Below are positions 1-12,678 of a stretch of 64,000 bases of DNA, piece after piece. The stretch is from Octopus vulgaris. Lineage: Eukaryota. The stretch covers positions 1,612,001 to 1,676,000 of the forward strand of contig OX597827.1 of assembly GCA_951406725.2 (NCBI GenBank). Reading direction: 5' to 3'. The position numbers and the translations under genes are program-made. Positions within the stretch are counted from its first letter, which is position 1; the number at the start of each line of letters is the position of its first letter. The notes under the pieces were generated by a model that was not told the DNA's origin, made no database searches, and saw only the letters and a list, made by a program, of their open reading frames with translations.

Positions 1-660
1 ATTGAAAAGCAACCTTCTTACCAAACAGCCATAGATGTATGATGAGAGTGTGCACGCGTTTGCTCATGTGTGTCTGTGTCTAAGGATAACTTTCTTCTAC
101 CAGTCTTGGAAACTTTGGAAAAAATCTTAGGTGCTGTCATGGCTCTTCAGACAAGGAGAGTAAAAAAAAAATATTGTTAATTCTGAAATTAATATGATGG
201 ATAGATTCTGAAAACAATTTTCAGACCAAAACAGACACTTTACCAATATTGTGGATCTTAAAAAGTAATCTTAGATTTTCTCAAGAGGAATGTCTTTTGA
301 AAGATAATCTCTTAAGATTGGATATTGGAGTAAGTATATTCCAATTATATATACCAATTCCACAAATTGCTGCATCTGTTTCAAGGATCTTGTCTTAGCA
401 CCTGATCCTCACCAATTTGTGAACAGAAATTATATAGAAGTATTTCGTTTTGTGTAGCTTAATTAGCTTTAAATAGTTAATGAGTTGTATGCATATAATT
501 AATATTATAAGTACTTTTTAGTTAAAAACTGATTTGGGTTTTGCATTCTGGTTTCAATTATTTACTCACAGACTCTGGAATGTACTGCAAAAAGAGTTTG
601 GCAAATATTCTTTCACTAACAAACTACAAACTATGTTCTATATTCTTTAGTATTTTCTGT

Positions 661-1078
661 CTTTTATCTTCTATCTTTTACTTATTTCAGTCATGAGAAT
701 GTGGCCATACTGGAGCACCTCTTTGAAGAATTCTTAACAGAGTGAATTAACTCCAGTACTTCTTTTTTAAGCTTTGTATTTATTCTATCGGTCTCTTTTG
801 CTGAACTGCTAAATTACAGGGATGTAAACACACCAACACCGATTATTGAGTGGTGGTGGGGGACAAACACAGACAGAAAGACACTCACGCACACACGTGC
901 ACGCACACATACACACGCGCAACAGGCTTCTTTCAGTTTCTATTTACCAAATCCACTCATAAGGCTTTGGTCAGCCTGAGGCTATAGTAGAAGACACATG
1001 CCCTGGGCCCTAGGCATTAGGACTAAATCTGAAACCATATGGTTGGGAAGCAAGCTTCTTACCATACAGTCATGCCTT
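661..1078 (-). mobile_element. tRNA-derived SINE, family A (near full length)
   Basis: Reverse complement matches the 26510-26925 copy: head ...tgtatggtaagaagcttgcttcccaacc..., internal (TG)n, tail ...ggtgctccagtatggccac...gaaataagtaaaaga. Confidence 0.8.
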
Positions 1079-1877
1079 TTCTTCCCTTTTTTTTTTTTTT
1101 TACCTATCAGGACTTAGAATGAGCCAATAATGAAGCAGATATTTCTGTTAGAAATAGCAGTCAAATTTCCTTCAAATCACATTGTACTATCTTCACTAAA
1201 GAATTATATAGAGGGATGATATAGATGGATAGAACACATTTGATCGTAAGTCATGAGTAGATCTGACCTGGGGCTAAGCAACAACAACAAAATCAGCATC
1301 TTCAATGATTATGAAAACAACAAAAATAACAAAAACAATGATAACAAAACAACAAAAATAACAGCATAACAAAAACAAGAACATCAACAACAGTAATAAA
1401 GGTAGGAGCAATGCCAACGACAACAACAACAACAAAAATAACAGAAACAGCAATAAACACTAAAAACAACACATAAATGACAAAACAAAAGCAAAAACAC
1501 CAACAACAATAATAGTAATAATCAACAGTAACAACAATTACAAAAACAACAGCAGCAGCAGCAGAAGTGATGGAATTGTCATGGTGTCAGATGAGATCCC
1601 TTGCAGTATCTGTTTTGGATCTTTGTGTTTCCGTGATCCCAACACCTGCATCAACACCAATGCTAAGCTATCCCCGTCCTTGGTTTTCCTTTAAACCAAC
1701 AGCCCCCCCACCAACCTTTTACTTTGCACCACTGAATGGTTTCATGCAAGGCAATTTGTCTGCAGACCAGGGGATCACAGGCAGAGCCAAATTCAATAAA
1801 ATGCTTAATAGGTAATTCCGTTATTAGGTTTGGGGATGCAAAAAGGAAAACAGAACCCAAAGCACGTATATGTCATT

Positions 1878-2411
<534 letters not shown>

Positions 2412-5183
2412 AATATTAGGAATAAATCCAAATTTACAGGGAAAAATTAGATTTAGGATTAAATCCAATTTTATAGTATAAATATATTATATTATATTAA
2501 ATTAGAGATAAATATATATATATATATATATATATAGCAGTCGCCATATTTCATTCCATAACACCTACCTCTGAAGAGAGCAAGGTTACATAATGAGACT
2601 GTTACCTAACACTCTGTTGAATCATTAAGTGTAAAACTGTTCGGTAAGATCGGTCATAATGTACATATATAATACTGTACACTTTGATACTTTGATTAAT
2701 ATGTATATATCAGCATGGCCACAGCTCTGAGCGGAAACTAGAGAGAGAAAAAAAATATATATTTATTATATGTGTCTTCTACTGTCTACTTTTATTATTT
2801 CCTGTAGTATTTCTAGAGTCACCCACGGTTCCTTTGCTGATCCCCTTTGTTCCTGCCCAGTGTTGTCCACCTCTGCACTTCCTCACACTGCTTCCTTTTA
2901 GAGCATTCCATTTCTTGTTGATGTCCATGTTATTTTGCCCAAGAATGAAGTGTGCTCTTCTTTGGTTCAGAAACATGGACCATCAAGAAGGCTGATGCCT
3001 GGTGACTGGAAAGTCATGAAATGTGGCACTGGAGACAAACGGAGAAGAAGATTTGCTGGACACACCAGGAGAGCTATGAAGAGGTGCTTAGGAGAGCAAG
3101 ATGGGCAGGACATATTATGAGGTCAGAGGGGTTTCTGTGCATGGTGACAGAAGGGAGAATACAGGGGTGGGGGTGAGGGGGAGACTGAGAGAGAGAGAGA
3201 AAGAGAGTGATGATGATGGAGGATATTAGGCAGAGGACAATGTGATGCTCATTGGAGAGGGCAGCATAGGTGAGAGAGTGCAGGAGAAGGTTGACCTTCA
3301 AAAGTGCTGCTGAGAATAAGAAAGACTTTTATATATATCATCATCATCATCATCATTATGACCACCACGACAATGACAATGATGACGATGATGACGACAA
3401 TAATGATGGCAATGATGACAACCACCACCACCATCATCAGGATCATCATCATCATCATCATCATCCTTTGACATCCATTTTTCATTCTTACTTGGCAACC
3501 ACGTGGTTTCAGGTTGAGTCTGCAACACTTTGTAAGTTTGGTTCAAATTGAAAATGTGAAACTATTTTCACTTTCTAATGGAAGTTGGTCGTTGTAGAAC
3601 AGAGCATTTCAAATAACTATAACAGGTTGTTAAGATAACAGAAAATATGTAAATGAAAATAAAGTTTATTTGGTAGCCGAAAGGTTACTGAATCTTTTGA
3701 TACCCCATATGTTAAAATCAGCAACCCAGTTTTCAAATGCATAAGGAACATATGCACACACACATACACACAAACTCCCTTTTATATATATAGATTTATA
3801 TATACACACATATATATTCTTATAGGGATTGTCTAACTAGCTAATTTGCTTGCTATATATATATATATAACATTTTTTTTTTTAGTTTTCATTGATCAAA
3901 ATCGCCAACAAGATACAGGATATTAGTCAGCCCAATATTATTGTAGAAGACACTTGCTCAAGGTCTTTGCCTAAGAGATTGGACCTAAAGCCATGTAGTT
4001 TGAGAAGCAAGCTTATTAAGCACACAGCAATGCTTCTGTCTCTAAGCTGACTAACTTTCCTCGTCTCTCCCTGGAAAAGAGTGAGTTCTGAAATGTCACT
4101 ATCATCTTCTACTCATATAACATATAAATTTCAATGAATGATTTATGTTGAAGAAGTGCACCACAAGGTTCCATTGATTTGTTCCTAATTGAAACATACT
4201 TATGTTAATCATCATCATCATCATCATAATAATAATCATCATCATAATAATAATCATCATCATCAACATCATCATCATCGTCATCGTATTCACTGTCATC
4301 CTCATCATGATATTCGTCATCATTTTTGTGGGCGTCCTCTTCCTCCTCCTGCTCCCCCTTCTCCTCTTCCTCCTTCACCCCTCCTCTTCCTCCTCACTAA
4401 TATGAACACTCCTACTACCATCGTCTAATATGAACACTCCTACTACCATCGTCTTCTCCACCATTATCCTTTTTAACATTTGTCATGGGTTGAGTGGGTT
4501 GGACAGACCCCCAACAATTGTTTGAAGAACCACATCATGCCCTAGGGTCCATTTCAGCTTGGTTTATATCACTTGATATCAGGATTACTCATTTCACTGC
4601 AGAACAGACTGAAAGCAACATGAAAAGGAAAGGTTTGTCTCAAAAACACAACAAACTACCCAATGAGGAAATTGAACCCACAATCTTCCAGTCACGAGTA
4701 CTGCTCCCTTAGGCCATGCATTTCACACTCAACAAACACGAAATACTGATCCAAGGGAGTTGATTAGTAGATCTGTGGGTTTTTGTACCAACTCTGTGTG
4801 TTCTGAGTTGGACTCCAACCATGACTTTCATAGCTGATAGTCTGAATCTCTTAACCAGTTTACAACCACCAGCTGACAAAGCCTACACTATTGCAAGCAC
4901 CAGGGTCAAGGTTCTGATTTGATGATCCCTCTCTCCTTCCCTCATGCCATCAGTTTTGGAGGTCTTCTAAAAGGTAATGGGAACTGTTGCTTTTCCCTCC
5001 TGACTAAAAGAAAAGGGGAGAAATATAATACAAACAAAAGAAATACCTTCTGTGCCACACAAGAAGTTTGTATGCGTTTATATAGAAAGGTGACAATATT
5101 AAGACCTCTAAAATATGGCTGAATTCTAAGGAAGCCAAGCAGAGAACCTCTACAGGCTCACTAGCCTTTCCAAAAGAGCAAAC

Positions 5184-5520
5184 TAAGAAATGATGATGAT
5201 GATAATGATGGTGATGATGATGATGATGATGATAATGATGATGATGGTGATGATGATGGTGATGGTGATGATAATGGCGGTTTTGGTGGTGGTGATAGTG
5301 GTGTTGGAGGTGATGAGGATGATGATGATGATGGCAACGATGATGGTGATAATGACGACATTGGTGGTGATGGATGTATTGATGATAAGGGAGACGATGA
5401 CAATGATGATGATGATGATGATGATGGTAGTGGTGATGATGATGATGATAATGGAGGTGGTGGTGGTGGTGGGGATGGGAGTGATGACGACGACGATGAC
5501 GATGATGATGATGGTATCAG
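5184..5520. repeat. Degenerate (GAT/GGT)n trinucleotide microsatellite
   Basis: Seen directly; source of the poly-M/S/I ORFs. Similar blocks at 3340-3465, 4205-4330, 12850-13190, 46120-46590. Confidence 0.95.
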
Positions 5521-5662
5521 AAAATGCAATTACTATTTTTTTTTTCAACAATTCCCATTAGAAGAGGAGATATCTCATTATTGATTGTGACTACCCCCTC
5601 ATTTCTCCCCTCAACCACCTTTTTATCACTAACACCCTCACACACACACACACACACACACA

Positions 5663-6090
5663 CAGAAGCACAAACATGCATACACACAAAACATATCCTC
5701 AAACCCTGTAATATTTATCAATATATAACGGCAAGTAATATGAGAGGTCTTCTGCAGTCCTCTATGTCCAAGCATTGTTTCTCTCATATCCTCTCTTATC
5801 AGGTCCATCATGGTCAAGACTCTCACATTTCAAATAGTTTTAACCTGCCAAACAGTAAATATCGGTTGATGTCATTTTTACTAAAGCTTCAAATATTACA
5901 ACAAAAAAAAAACAGAAAAAAAATGAAATGCAAAAAATAAAACAGAAAAAGAAAAAATAATTCAGTGATAAACAAAATGATAGTGAAATGTAATTAGATC
6001 GGTGAATGAAAATGATTTGTTTCATAAACGCAAGTAAGGGAGATAAATCTTCTGGTTGTTTCATCTTCATTTGGAATCGTTAGCAGAAGT
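5663..6090 (+). repeat. Local direct duplication, copy 1 (copy 2 at about 8211-8637)
   Basis: cagaagcacaaacatgc...ggaatcgttagcagaagta present twice with only a few substitutions and A-run indels. Confidence 0.95.
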
Positions 6091-6132
6091 ATGAAGTCAC
6101 CGGAGTTGAGAAAGTGTTTGGTGGTTGAATCT
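6080..6132 (-). CDS. Candidate terminal coding exon of an unidentified minus-strand gene
   Basis: Strong acceptor on minus strand (tttattattcttttcag|AGATTC). Phase-1 reading (E)IQPPNTFSTPVTSYFC*, followed by U-rich 3'UTR-like sequence. A phase-2 reading stays open to 5994. No homology recognised. Confidence 0.35.
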
Positions 6133-6426
6133 CTGAAAAGAATAATAAATATGCAGAGAAATCTGTAGCTGTCAGCTGATGCATACATAAACATGTGTGT
6201 GTGTGTGTGTATTCTTTTATTCTTTTACTTGTTTCAGTCATTTGACTGTGGCCATGCTGGAGCACCGCCTTAAAGGTTTTCTTTTAGTCAAAGTAATTGG
6301 TCCCAGGACATATTCTTTGTAACCTGAGTACTTATTCTATCAGTCTCTTTTGTTGAACCACCAAGCTATACATACATATATATATATACGCACACACACA
6401 CATGCACACACACATATATATATCTA

Positions 6427-6473
<47 letters not shown>

Positions 6474-6498
6474 GTATATACACACATGTATATATATG

Positions 6499-6725
6499 AG
6501 GACGCATGGTCTAGTGGTTATTGTGTTGCATTGTGTTCTTGAGCAAAACACTCCATCTCACTTTGACACCTGATATGTGGCACTCCATGCACCTGTTCAG
6601 GCAATGTCAATTTGATGGGGGGACTGAGCTAATGTACAACACACACATTTGACCTCTATAAGCAAATCATTTTTGCAGGTCATTCAACAAAACAGCTGGA
6701 CACTCATGCGTCATCTTTGGCAGGA
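6499..6725 (+). mobile_element. tRNA-derived SINE, family B (internally deleted)
   Basis: A-box-like tggtctagtggtta followed by ttgtgttcttgagcaaaacact, as in the 11252 copy. Confidence 0.65.
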
Positions 6726-6729
6726 AAGT

Positions 6730-7028
6730 CATCATCATCATCATCATCGTTCAACTGCTGTTTTCCGTGCTAGTACGGGTTGGACGGTTTGACCAGGGTC
6801 TGGGAAGCCAGGAGGCTGCACCAGGCTCCAGTCTGATCTGGCACTGTTTCTACAGCTGGATGCCCTTCCTAATGTTAACCACTTTGTGAGTCTAGTGGGT
6901 GCTTTTTACGTGCCACTGGCACAGGTGCCAGGAGAGGCTGGCAGCAGCCACGATTGGTTGGTGCTTTTTACATGCCACTGGCACAGAAGCCAGTCAAGGT
7001 GGCGCTGGCATCGGCCACGTTCAGATGG
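6730..7028 (-). mobile_element. RTE-clade LINE 3' end with (GAT)n tail
   Basis: Revcomp ends ...aaaccgtccaacccgtactagcacggaaaacagc...gatgatgat; the same tail is attached to RTE coding remnants at 48709 and 34980-35460. Confidence 0.75.
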
Positions 7029-7053
7029 TATATATATATATATATATATATAT

Positions 7054-7333
7054 AAAAGGGTAAAGAGTAAAGATCCCCTTTGATCATGAACGACCATGAG
7101 ATTCTCCTAGGAAGTTCCTCTTTGAGGCACAAGTCCAGGTAAGGTTGTTTATGGAAGATCAGCAGTCATTCATGCATATCATCTTTCTCTCTTCACATGA
7201 CTGATATTATCCAAGGGAAAGGCAAAGTCCAATACAGCTTGGCACCAGTGATATCGCAACTCATTTCTACAGCTGAGTGAATTGGAGCAAAGGGAAAGAA
7301 CACAACACACAGCCTGGTCCAGGAATCAAACTA

Positions 7334-7335
<2 letters not shown>
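7054..7335 (-). mobile_element. SINE family B-related copy
   Basis: Shares gatcccc...gaccatg...ggaaaggcaaag...cttggcaccagtgat...gctgagtgaa with 22009-22335; B-box-like gtttgattcc on minus strand. Confidence 0.7.
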
Positions 7336-7377
<42 letters not shown>

Positions 7378-7691
7378 GTATAGAAAAGGTCATAAACCAG
7401 ACTGTTTTAATGAAATACATCTGCATGTTCACATTAATCAAGTGTATGTTTATAAATGTTTTATTTTAAATGAGGCTTATTTACATTTAAAATTTCTGAT
7501 GAATTCTATTCTCAGAGTAATTATATTCCAAAACAAAAGACTGGAATCATTACATAAATAGATATGATCCAGCAACTGCTGGATGCCAGAACAAAGTAAA
7601 AAGATGGAGAAAAAAGACAAGAAAAAATATCAATGTGTGGACATGGTACATGCAAAGTATTAAAAGATGTTCCGAGAAGGAAAGAAAGTGT

Positions 7692-7727
7692 GTTTTACGT
7701 TTCGAATAAAAGCTCTTCTCCAGAAAC
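7692..7727 (-). ncRNA. Degenerate minimal type-I hammerhead ribozyme
   Basis: Revcomp GTTT CTGGAGA A GAGC TTTT ATTC GAAA CG TA AAAC: stem I GTTT/AAAC, A6->G lesion, palindromic ACGT stem III, GUA site. Confidence 0.6.
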
Positions 7728-7870
7728 AGGAGAAAGACGAAAGTCCAAGAGAAAAGGAAGATGGAGGAAGAAACTCACCAACAGTCCACATGTTACATTT
7801 TGGAATGTGAACTATTGGCAATTTTTTGCCTCCGTCTACGTTTTTCTTTCGGACTTACTTTCTGTCTCCT

Positions 7871-7905
7871 GTTTTTGAAGAAGAGCTTTGCTCGAAACAT
7901 AAAAC
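7871..7905 (+). ncRNA. Degenerate minimal type-I hammerhead ribozyme (inverted partner of 7692-7727)
   Basis: GTTT TTGAAGA A GAGC TTT GCTC GAAA CA TA AAAC: stems I and II intact, C3->T and CpG-type decay in stem III. Confidence 0.65.
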
Positions 7906-8162
7906 TTTCTTTCTGTCTTTCTCTATGCATCTTATTAATATTTTGCATGTACCACATCCTCACGTTGTTGCTTTCTTCTTGTCTTTTTTCTTCGTTTTTT
8001 TTTTATTAACTATTTACCACATGCTCACACAGGCCCCCATCCTTTCAACTGGCTTTGGAGTTCCTAATTTGCAGAATTCCTTCTACCATTGGATTACATC
8101 AGTTTATTCATTCAGAGTACACCATTCTGCATCTTTATTGTGAATATATATATACATACATA

Positions 8163-8210
<48 letters not shown>

Positions 8211-8215
<5 letters not shown>

Positions 8216-8637
8216 GCACAAACATGCATACACACAAAACATATCATCAAACCCTGTAATATTTATCAATATATAACGGCAAGTAATATGAGAGGTCTTC
8301 TGCTGTCCTCTATGTCCAAGCATTGTTTCTCTCATATCCTCTCTTATCAGGTCCATCATGGTCAAGACTCTCACATTTCAAATAGTTTTAACCTGCCAAA
8401 CAGTAAATATTGGTTGATGTCATTTTTACTAAAGCTTCAAATATTACAAAAAAAAAAAACAGAAAAAAAAGAAATGCAAAAAATAAAACAGAAAAAGAAA
8501 AAATAATTCAGTGATAAACAAAATGATAGTGAAATGTAATTAGATCGGTGAGTAAAAATGATTTGTTTCATAAACGCAAGTAAGGGAGATAAATCTTCTG
8601 GTTGTTTCATCTTCATTTGGAATCGTTAGCAGAAGTA
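8211..8637 (+). repeat. Local direct duplication, copy 2
   Basis: Near-identical to 5663-6090; bounded by (CA)n on both sides. Confidence 0.95.
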
Positions 8638-8657
8638 CACACACACACACACACACA

Positions 8658-8700
<43 letters not shown>

Positions 8701-9169
8701 CAAGCAAAGTAGTAACTATACTTAGAAGTAGTATTTATCGCCACAACAATATGGTTGTTCTCTAGGAACTGATGTTACTACTATTTTTAACACCAGGAGG
8801 AGCCATCTCCAGCTGGTCATTGATGCAACCTGCACCCAATATATACTGCAGAATCTATATATCTTGTTTTTGCAAATAACTTGGAGATGCAAGTGCTGCC
8901 AGTTGTTGGCTCTGCATAGCAGATGCTAGCAAGCTTATTGAGTCATCTGGACTGAATGTACATCATTTTGGATCCTTCCGCTTGACTGCATTACTGCACA
9001 CTAGTTCAACTCACTGAAATAAGGCCCTGCTGGATCAACTGGTTATTAGGTTTCATTCAATAATTTCCAGTCATGTTCATCATCTCTTTTTAGCCATGTA
9101 TGTATGTGTGGATAATTGTTTCTTTTGACATCTGTTTTTCTATGCTAGCTTGGGTTAGATGAATATATT

Positions 9170-9391
9170 TATTTCTTTATTGCCCACAGGGGGTTAAACA
9201 CAGAGACGACAGACAAAGGGCTTAAGTCAGTTACATCGACCCCAGTGCGTAACTGGCACTTAATTTATCGACCCTGATAGGATGAAAGGCAAAGTCAACC
9301 TCGGTGGAATTTGAACTCAGAACATAATGGCAGCCGAAATACCACTAAGCATTTCACCCGATGGGCTAACGATTCTGCCAGCTCGCTGCCC
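9170..9391 (-). mobile_element. tRNA-derived SINE, family C, with target-site duplication
   Basis: Revcomp ggcagcgagctggcagaatcgttagc...gagttcaaattcc...gactttgcctttcatcc; agatgaatatatt flanks both sides (9157-9169, 9394-9406). Confidence 0.85.
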
Positions 9392-9756
9392 TAAGATGAA
9401 TATATTATTGAGCTACAGTTAATATATTCATCTTAGAGCGGCGAGCTGGCAGAATTGTTAGATGAAATATATTATTGAGCTACAGTTTAACAGGCAAATG
9501 CTCTTCCTGTTACTAACTCTCACCTGCTTTTCAAGTAAGAGGTCTCTCATTCCACACACCAATTAAAGCACACAACCAGCAGACATTATGTTGACAAGTA
9601 GAATGAGAACATCACTGCTCGTAGCTAAGTGGTATTTATGGAAAAGTTCAAATGTACATAAACACAGACATGCACACAGGTACACACACACACACAATAC
9701 AGATATACATACATACAATCATACATATACATATATATATATACATATATATATAT

Positions 9757-9925
9757 ATTTCGTTTTGGGATTTGGTTTGCAAGATTCTTTATATGAGTTC
9801 GTGTGTTGAAGCATATTCTGTTGTGTCTGGAGAGAGTCATTTTCTTTTTGTGCCTTATAATGTGTTACATTATATAACACATTATAAGGCACAAAGAAAA
9901 AATGACTCTCCCCAGACACACCAGA

Positions 9926-9929
<4 letters not shown>
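9757..9929. mobile_element. Fragment of an HHR-bearing repeat family with terminal fold-back
   Basis: Same sequence as 19577-19745 (revcomp); 9813-9929 is an imperfect hairpin with about 55-bp arms. Confidence 0.8.
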
Positions 9930-9958
<29 letters not shown>

Positions 9959-10127
9959 TATATACATATACCTATATACATACTTATATATACACACATA
10001 TATACATATACATATATACATACATACACACATATATATGAGAGTCTCCACTCAGTTTCTGTCTACCAAATTCACCAAGAAGGCACTAGTTGGCCAGAGT
10101 CTATTGTAGCAGACACTTACCCAAGGT

Positions 10128-10830
10128 GCTTCAGTATAATTTCCAGGAGATGCCGTCTCTGCTCTGAGGAATCCCTGTCCATTCTGTGGACTAATGAGAA
10201 GATACTTAATTCAATTTCTGAAAGACTATCAAGATGCCTACACACATATAAATGTACTTTTGCACAATGCAGTGAGAATGAATTGTTAACTTAGTGTAAT
10301 TTTATTTTGCTTTAAGGTATGGATGACTTAGATTTACTTCTAACCTCCCCATTCTTGTAAACACCTACTAAATAACCAACTCGCTTTGTAATCATGAGTG
10401 CGCCTAACCTCACGTGTGCGTGTGCTTACAGTTTTGATAATGCTTGTATGAGTGCGTCTACTTGTACCATGCAGCTTGCCCGACGGTGTTTATATATCCA
10501 TATGTGTTAACGGTTATTTTCAATACTTTTCTCATTGGATTAAGAATTCTTTTCTCTTTTTGTCTTCTGCAATTTTATTTTGGGATCTTCTATATGAAGA
10601 ATTTTCCTCCATCTGGCTGTTTTTCTCTCTACAAAACGGAAAGTTGCATTGTGGAACAGTCATTTTAACGAAATTTTTTTATTTATTTATCATCTGATGA
10701 GATACGTTTGTATCAACGGATACACCAGAACCAGTTGTTGAGTGTCCCACACAAGAGGAATCAATGCACGATGTGTCGAAACAATTGTTGTGATTAATAA
10801 TATATTCTCGTGTATTCCATCTTCTGTCTT
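10128..10830 (+). mobile_element. Penelope-like element 3' end (C-terminus of GIY-YIG region plus pLTR)
   Basis: Translation SRRCRLCSEESLSILWTNEKILNSISERLSRCLHTYKCTF fits the PLE C-terminal pattern CxLCxxE...LNxxxE...CxH; an HHR follows about 400 bp downstream; second partial copy at 30255-30450. Confidence 0.7.
10683..10800 (+). ncRNA. Type-I hammerhead ribozyme with intact core and long loop II insertion
   Basis: Stem I ATCAT(10689)/GTGAT(10790) extended by TTATT/AATAA; CTGATGA 10694-10700; stem II GATACGT/ATGTGTC; GAAA 10778-10781; palindromic ACAATTGT stem III; GUU site at 10789. Confidence 0.75.
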
Positions 10831-10959
10831 TCATTTGTTATATATAGATACATACAACACAATATCCCTACACATCTCACATCTATTTTCTTTCCTCCAC
10901 CCCACTCTCTATTTTGTATCTTATCTAAATTAACTATTACTTAACCATCCTCTCATACC

Positions 10960-11007
10960 GTCTCCAATGAAGGGATATAATAAATATCCTGGAAACAGCT
11001 GTAAGAC
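10960..11007 (+). ncRNA. Degenerate minimal hammerhead ribozyme
   Basis: GTCT CCAATGA A GGGATAT AATAA ATATCCT G GAAA CAGCTG TA AGAC: stems I and II present, palindromic ACAGCTGT, GUA site; core mutated from CTGATGA. Confidence 0.6.
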
Positions 11008-11251
11008 CTTCTCTCTATAAATGTTCTAAAATCTACACAGCCTTGGGTTTTCATCTCATTACGAAAAAGAAATTTTTATATACACACGCTGACATATGAC
11101 CAATGTTGAACCCCTTATTTGCATATTCACTGAACGTGGAACTTAACTATGGTTTATCTATAGCGCTTACTCAGCATGACTTGACACCTTTGGGTCTCAA
11201 TGACACATTACCTGTCATAACCTCCTATATATATATATATATATATATGAA

Positions 11252-11567
11252 GGCACGTGGCTTACTGGTTAGGGCATTCCGCTCATGATCGTAAGGTCTT
11301 GAGTTCAATTCCTGGTGACGCATTATGCCCTTAAGCAAGACACTTTATTTCACTTTATTTCCAGTCCACTCAGCTGGCAAAAATGAGTAGTACCCTTTCT
11401 TCAAAGGGCCAGCCTTGTCACATTCTGTGTCACACTGAATCACCCTATGAACTAAATTAAGGGTGTACATATCTGTGGAGTGCTCAGCCACTTACACATT
11501 AATTTCATGAGCAGGCTGTTCCATTGATAGCTAGGACCCTCATCGTCTTAATCGATGGAGTGCTCCA
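11252..11567 (+). mobile_element. tRNA-derived SINE, family B (near full length)
   Basis: A box tggcttactgg, B box gagttcaattcc, then ccttaagcaagacactttatttcac (CORE-like) and a unique tail; sits between (TA)n tracts. Confidence 0.8.
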
Positions 11568-11612
<45 letters not shown>

Positions 11613-11676
11613 CGGAGTAAACACATAAATGTGAAACAAGGTGGAAAAAGAGTACTCAAATACCAGTGGTAGAGTA

Positions 11677-11916
<240 letters not shown>

Positions 11917-12623
11917 GTATATATACACACACATATATATGTATATATATACACGCACACACAATATATATATATACGTGTACACATGTGTGTATATGTA
12001 AGCATATATGTATATATGTGTGTATGTGTGTTTGAGTGCATATTATATTTGTACACACACATGTATATATGTATGTACCTTTGGGTAAGTCCATGTGCAA
12101 ATGTGTATAATGTATGTAGGAACAAATGTTTGCACACACTTTTGGATTACGTGTGTATATGAATGTCAGGTTGTAGGTTTGTGTGAATATATATATATAT
12201 ACTTACACACACACTCATATATTTATATATATATATATATATATGCATATGTGTGTTTGTATATATATATTGTATATGTATATGTATGTTAGGTTCTAAG
12301 TTGGTGTATGTATGTATATATTTGCACGTGTGTGTTTGTATATATATGTCAATATATATATATATATATATATATATATCTGTTCTTGTATGTGCATGTA
12401 CATGTATTTGTATATACATCAATGTATGTGTGTGCATATATGTATGCATTTGTACTTCTTTATGTATCTGTGTGTTTGCATGTATGTATATTCATGTGGC
12501 AGTGTCTATAACATTGACCCTAAAGGAAGAATTTTTAACTCGGGAAGTTGTTTTGTCATTACCGAATGATCTTTCTCTCTCTAATTACATATGCATGAAG
12601 ATTTTAAATATTCATCAACACAC

Positions 12624-12678
<55 letters not shown>

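Noticed and set aside
2566-2652. Possible HHR: acct CTGAAGA ... AAAAC TGTTCG GTA AGAT
   Set aside because: G12 missing, stem I mismatched and stem II not convincingly closable; at best a very decayed copy.
11252-11325. tRNA genes at SINE heads
   Set aside because: A/B boxes are present but there is no full cloverleaf and each continues into a SINE body.
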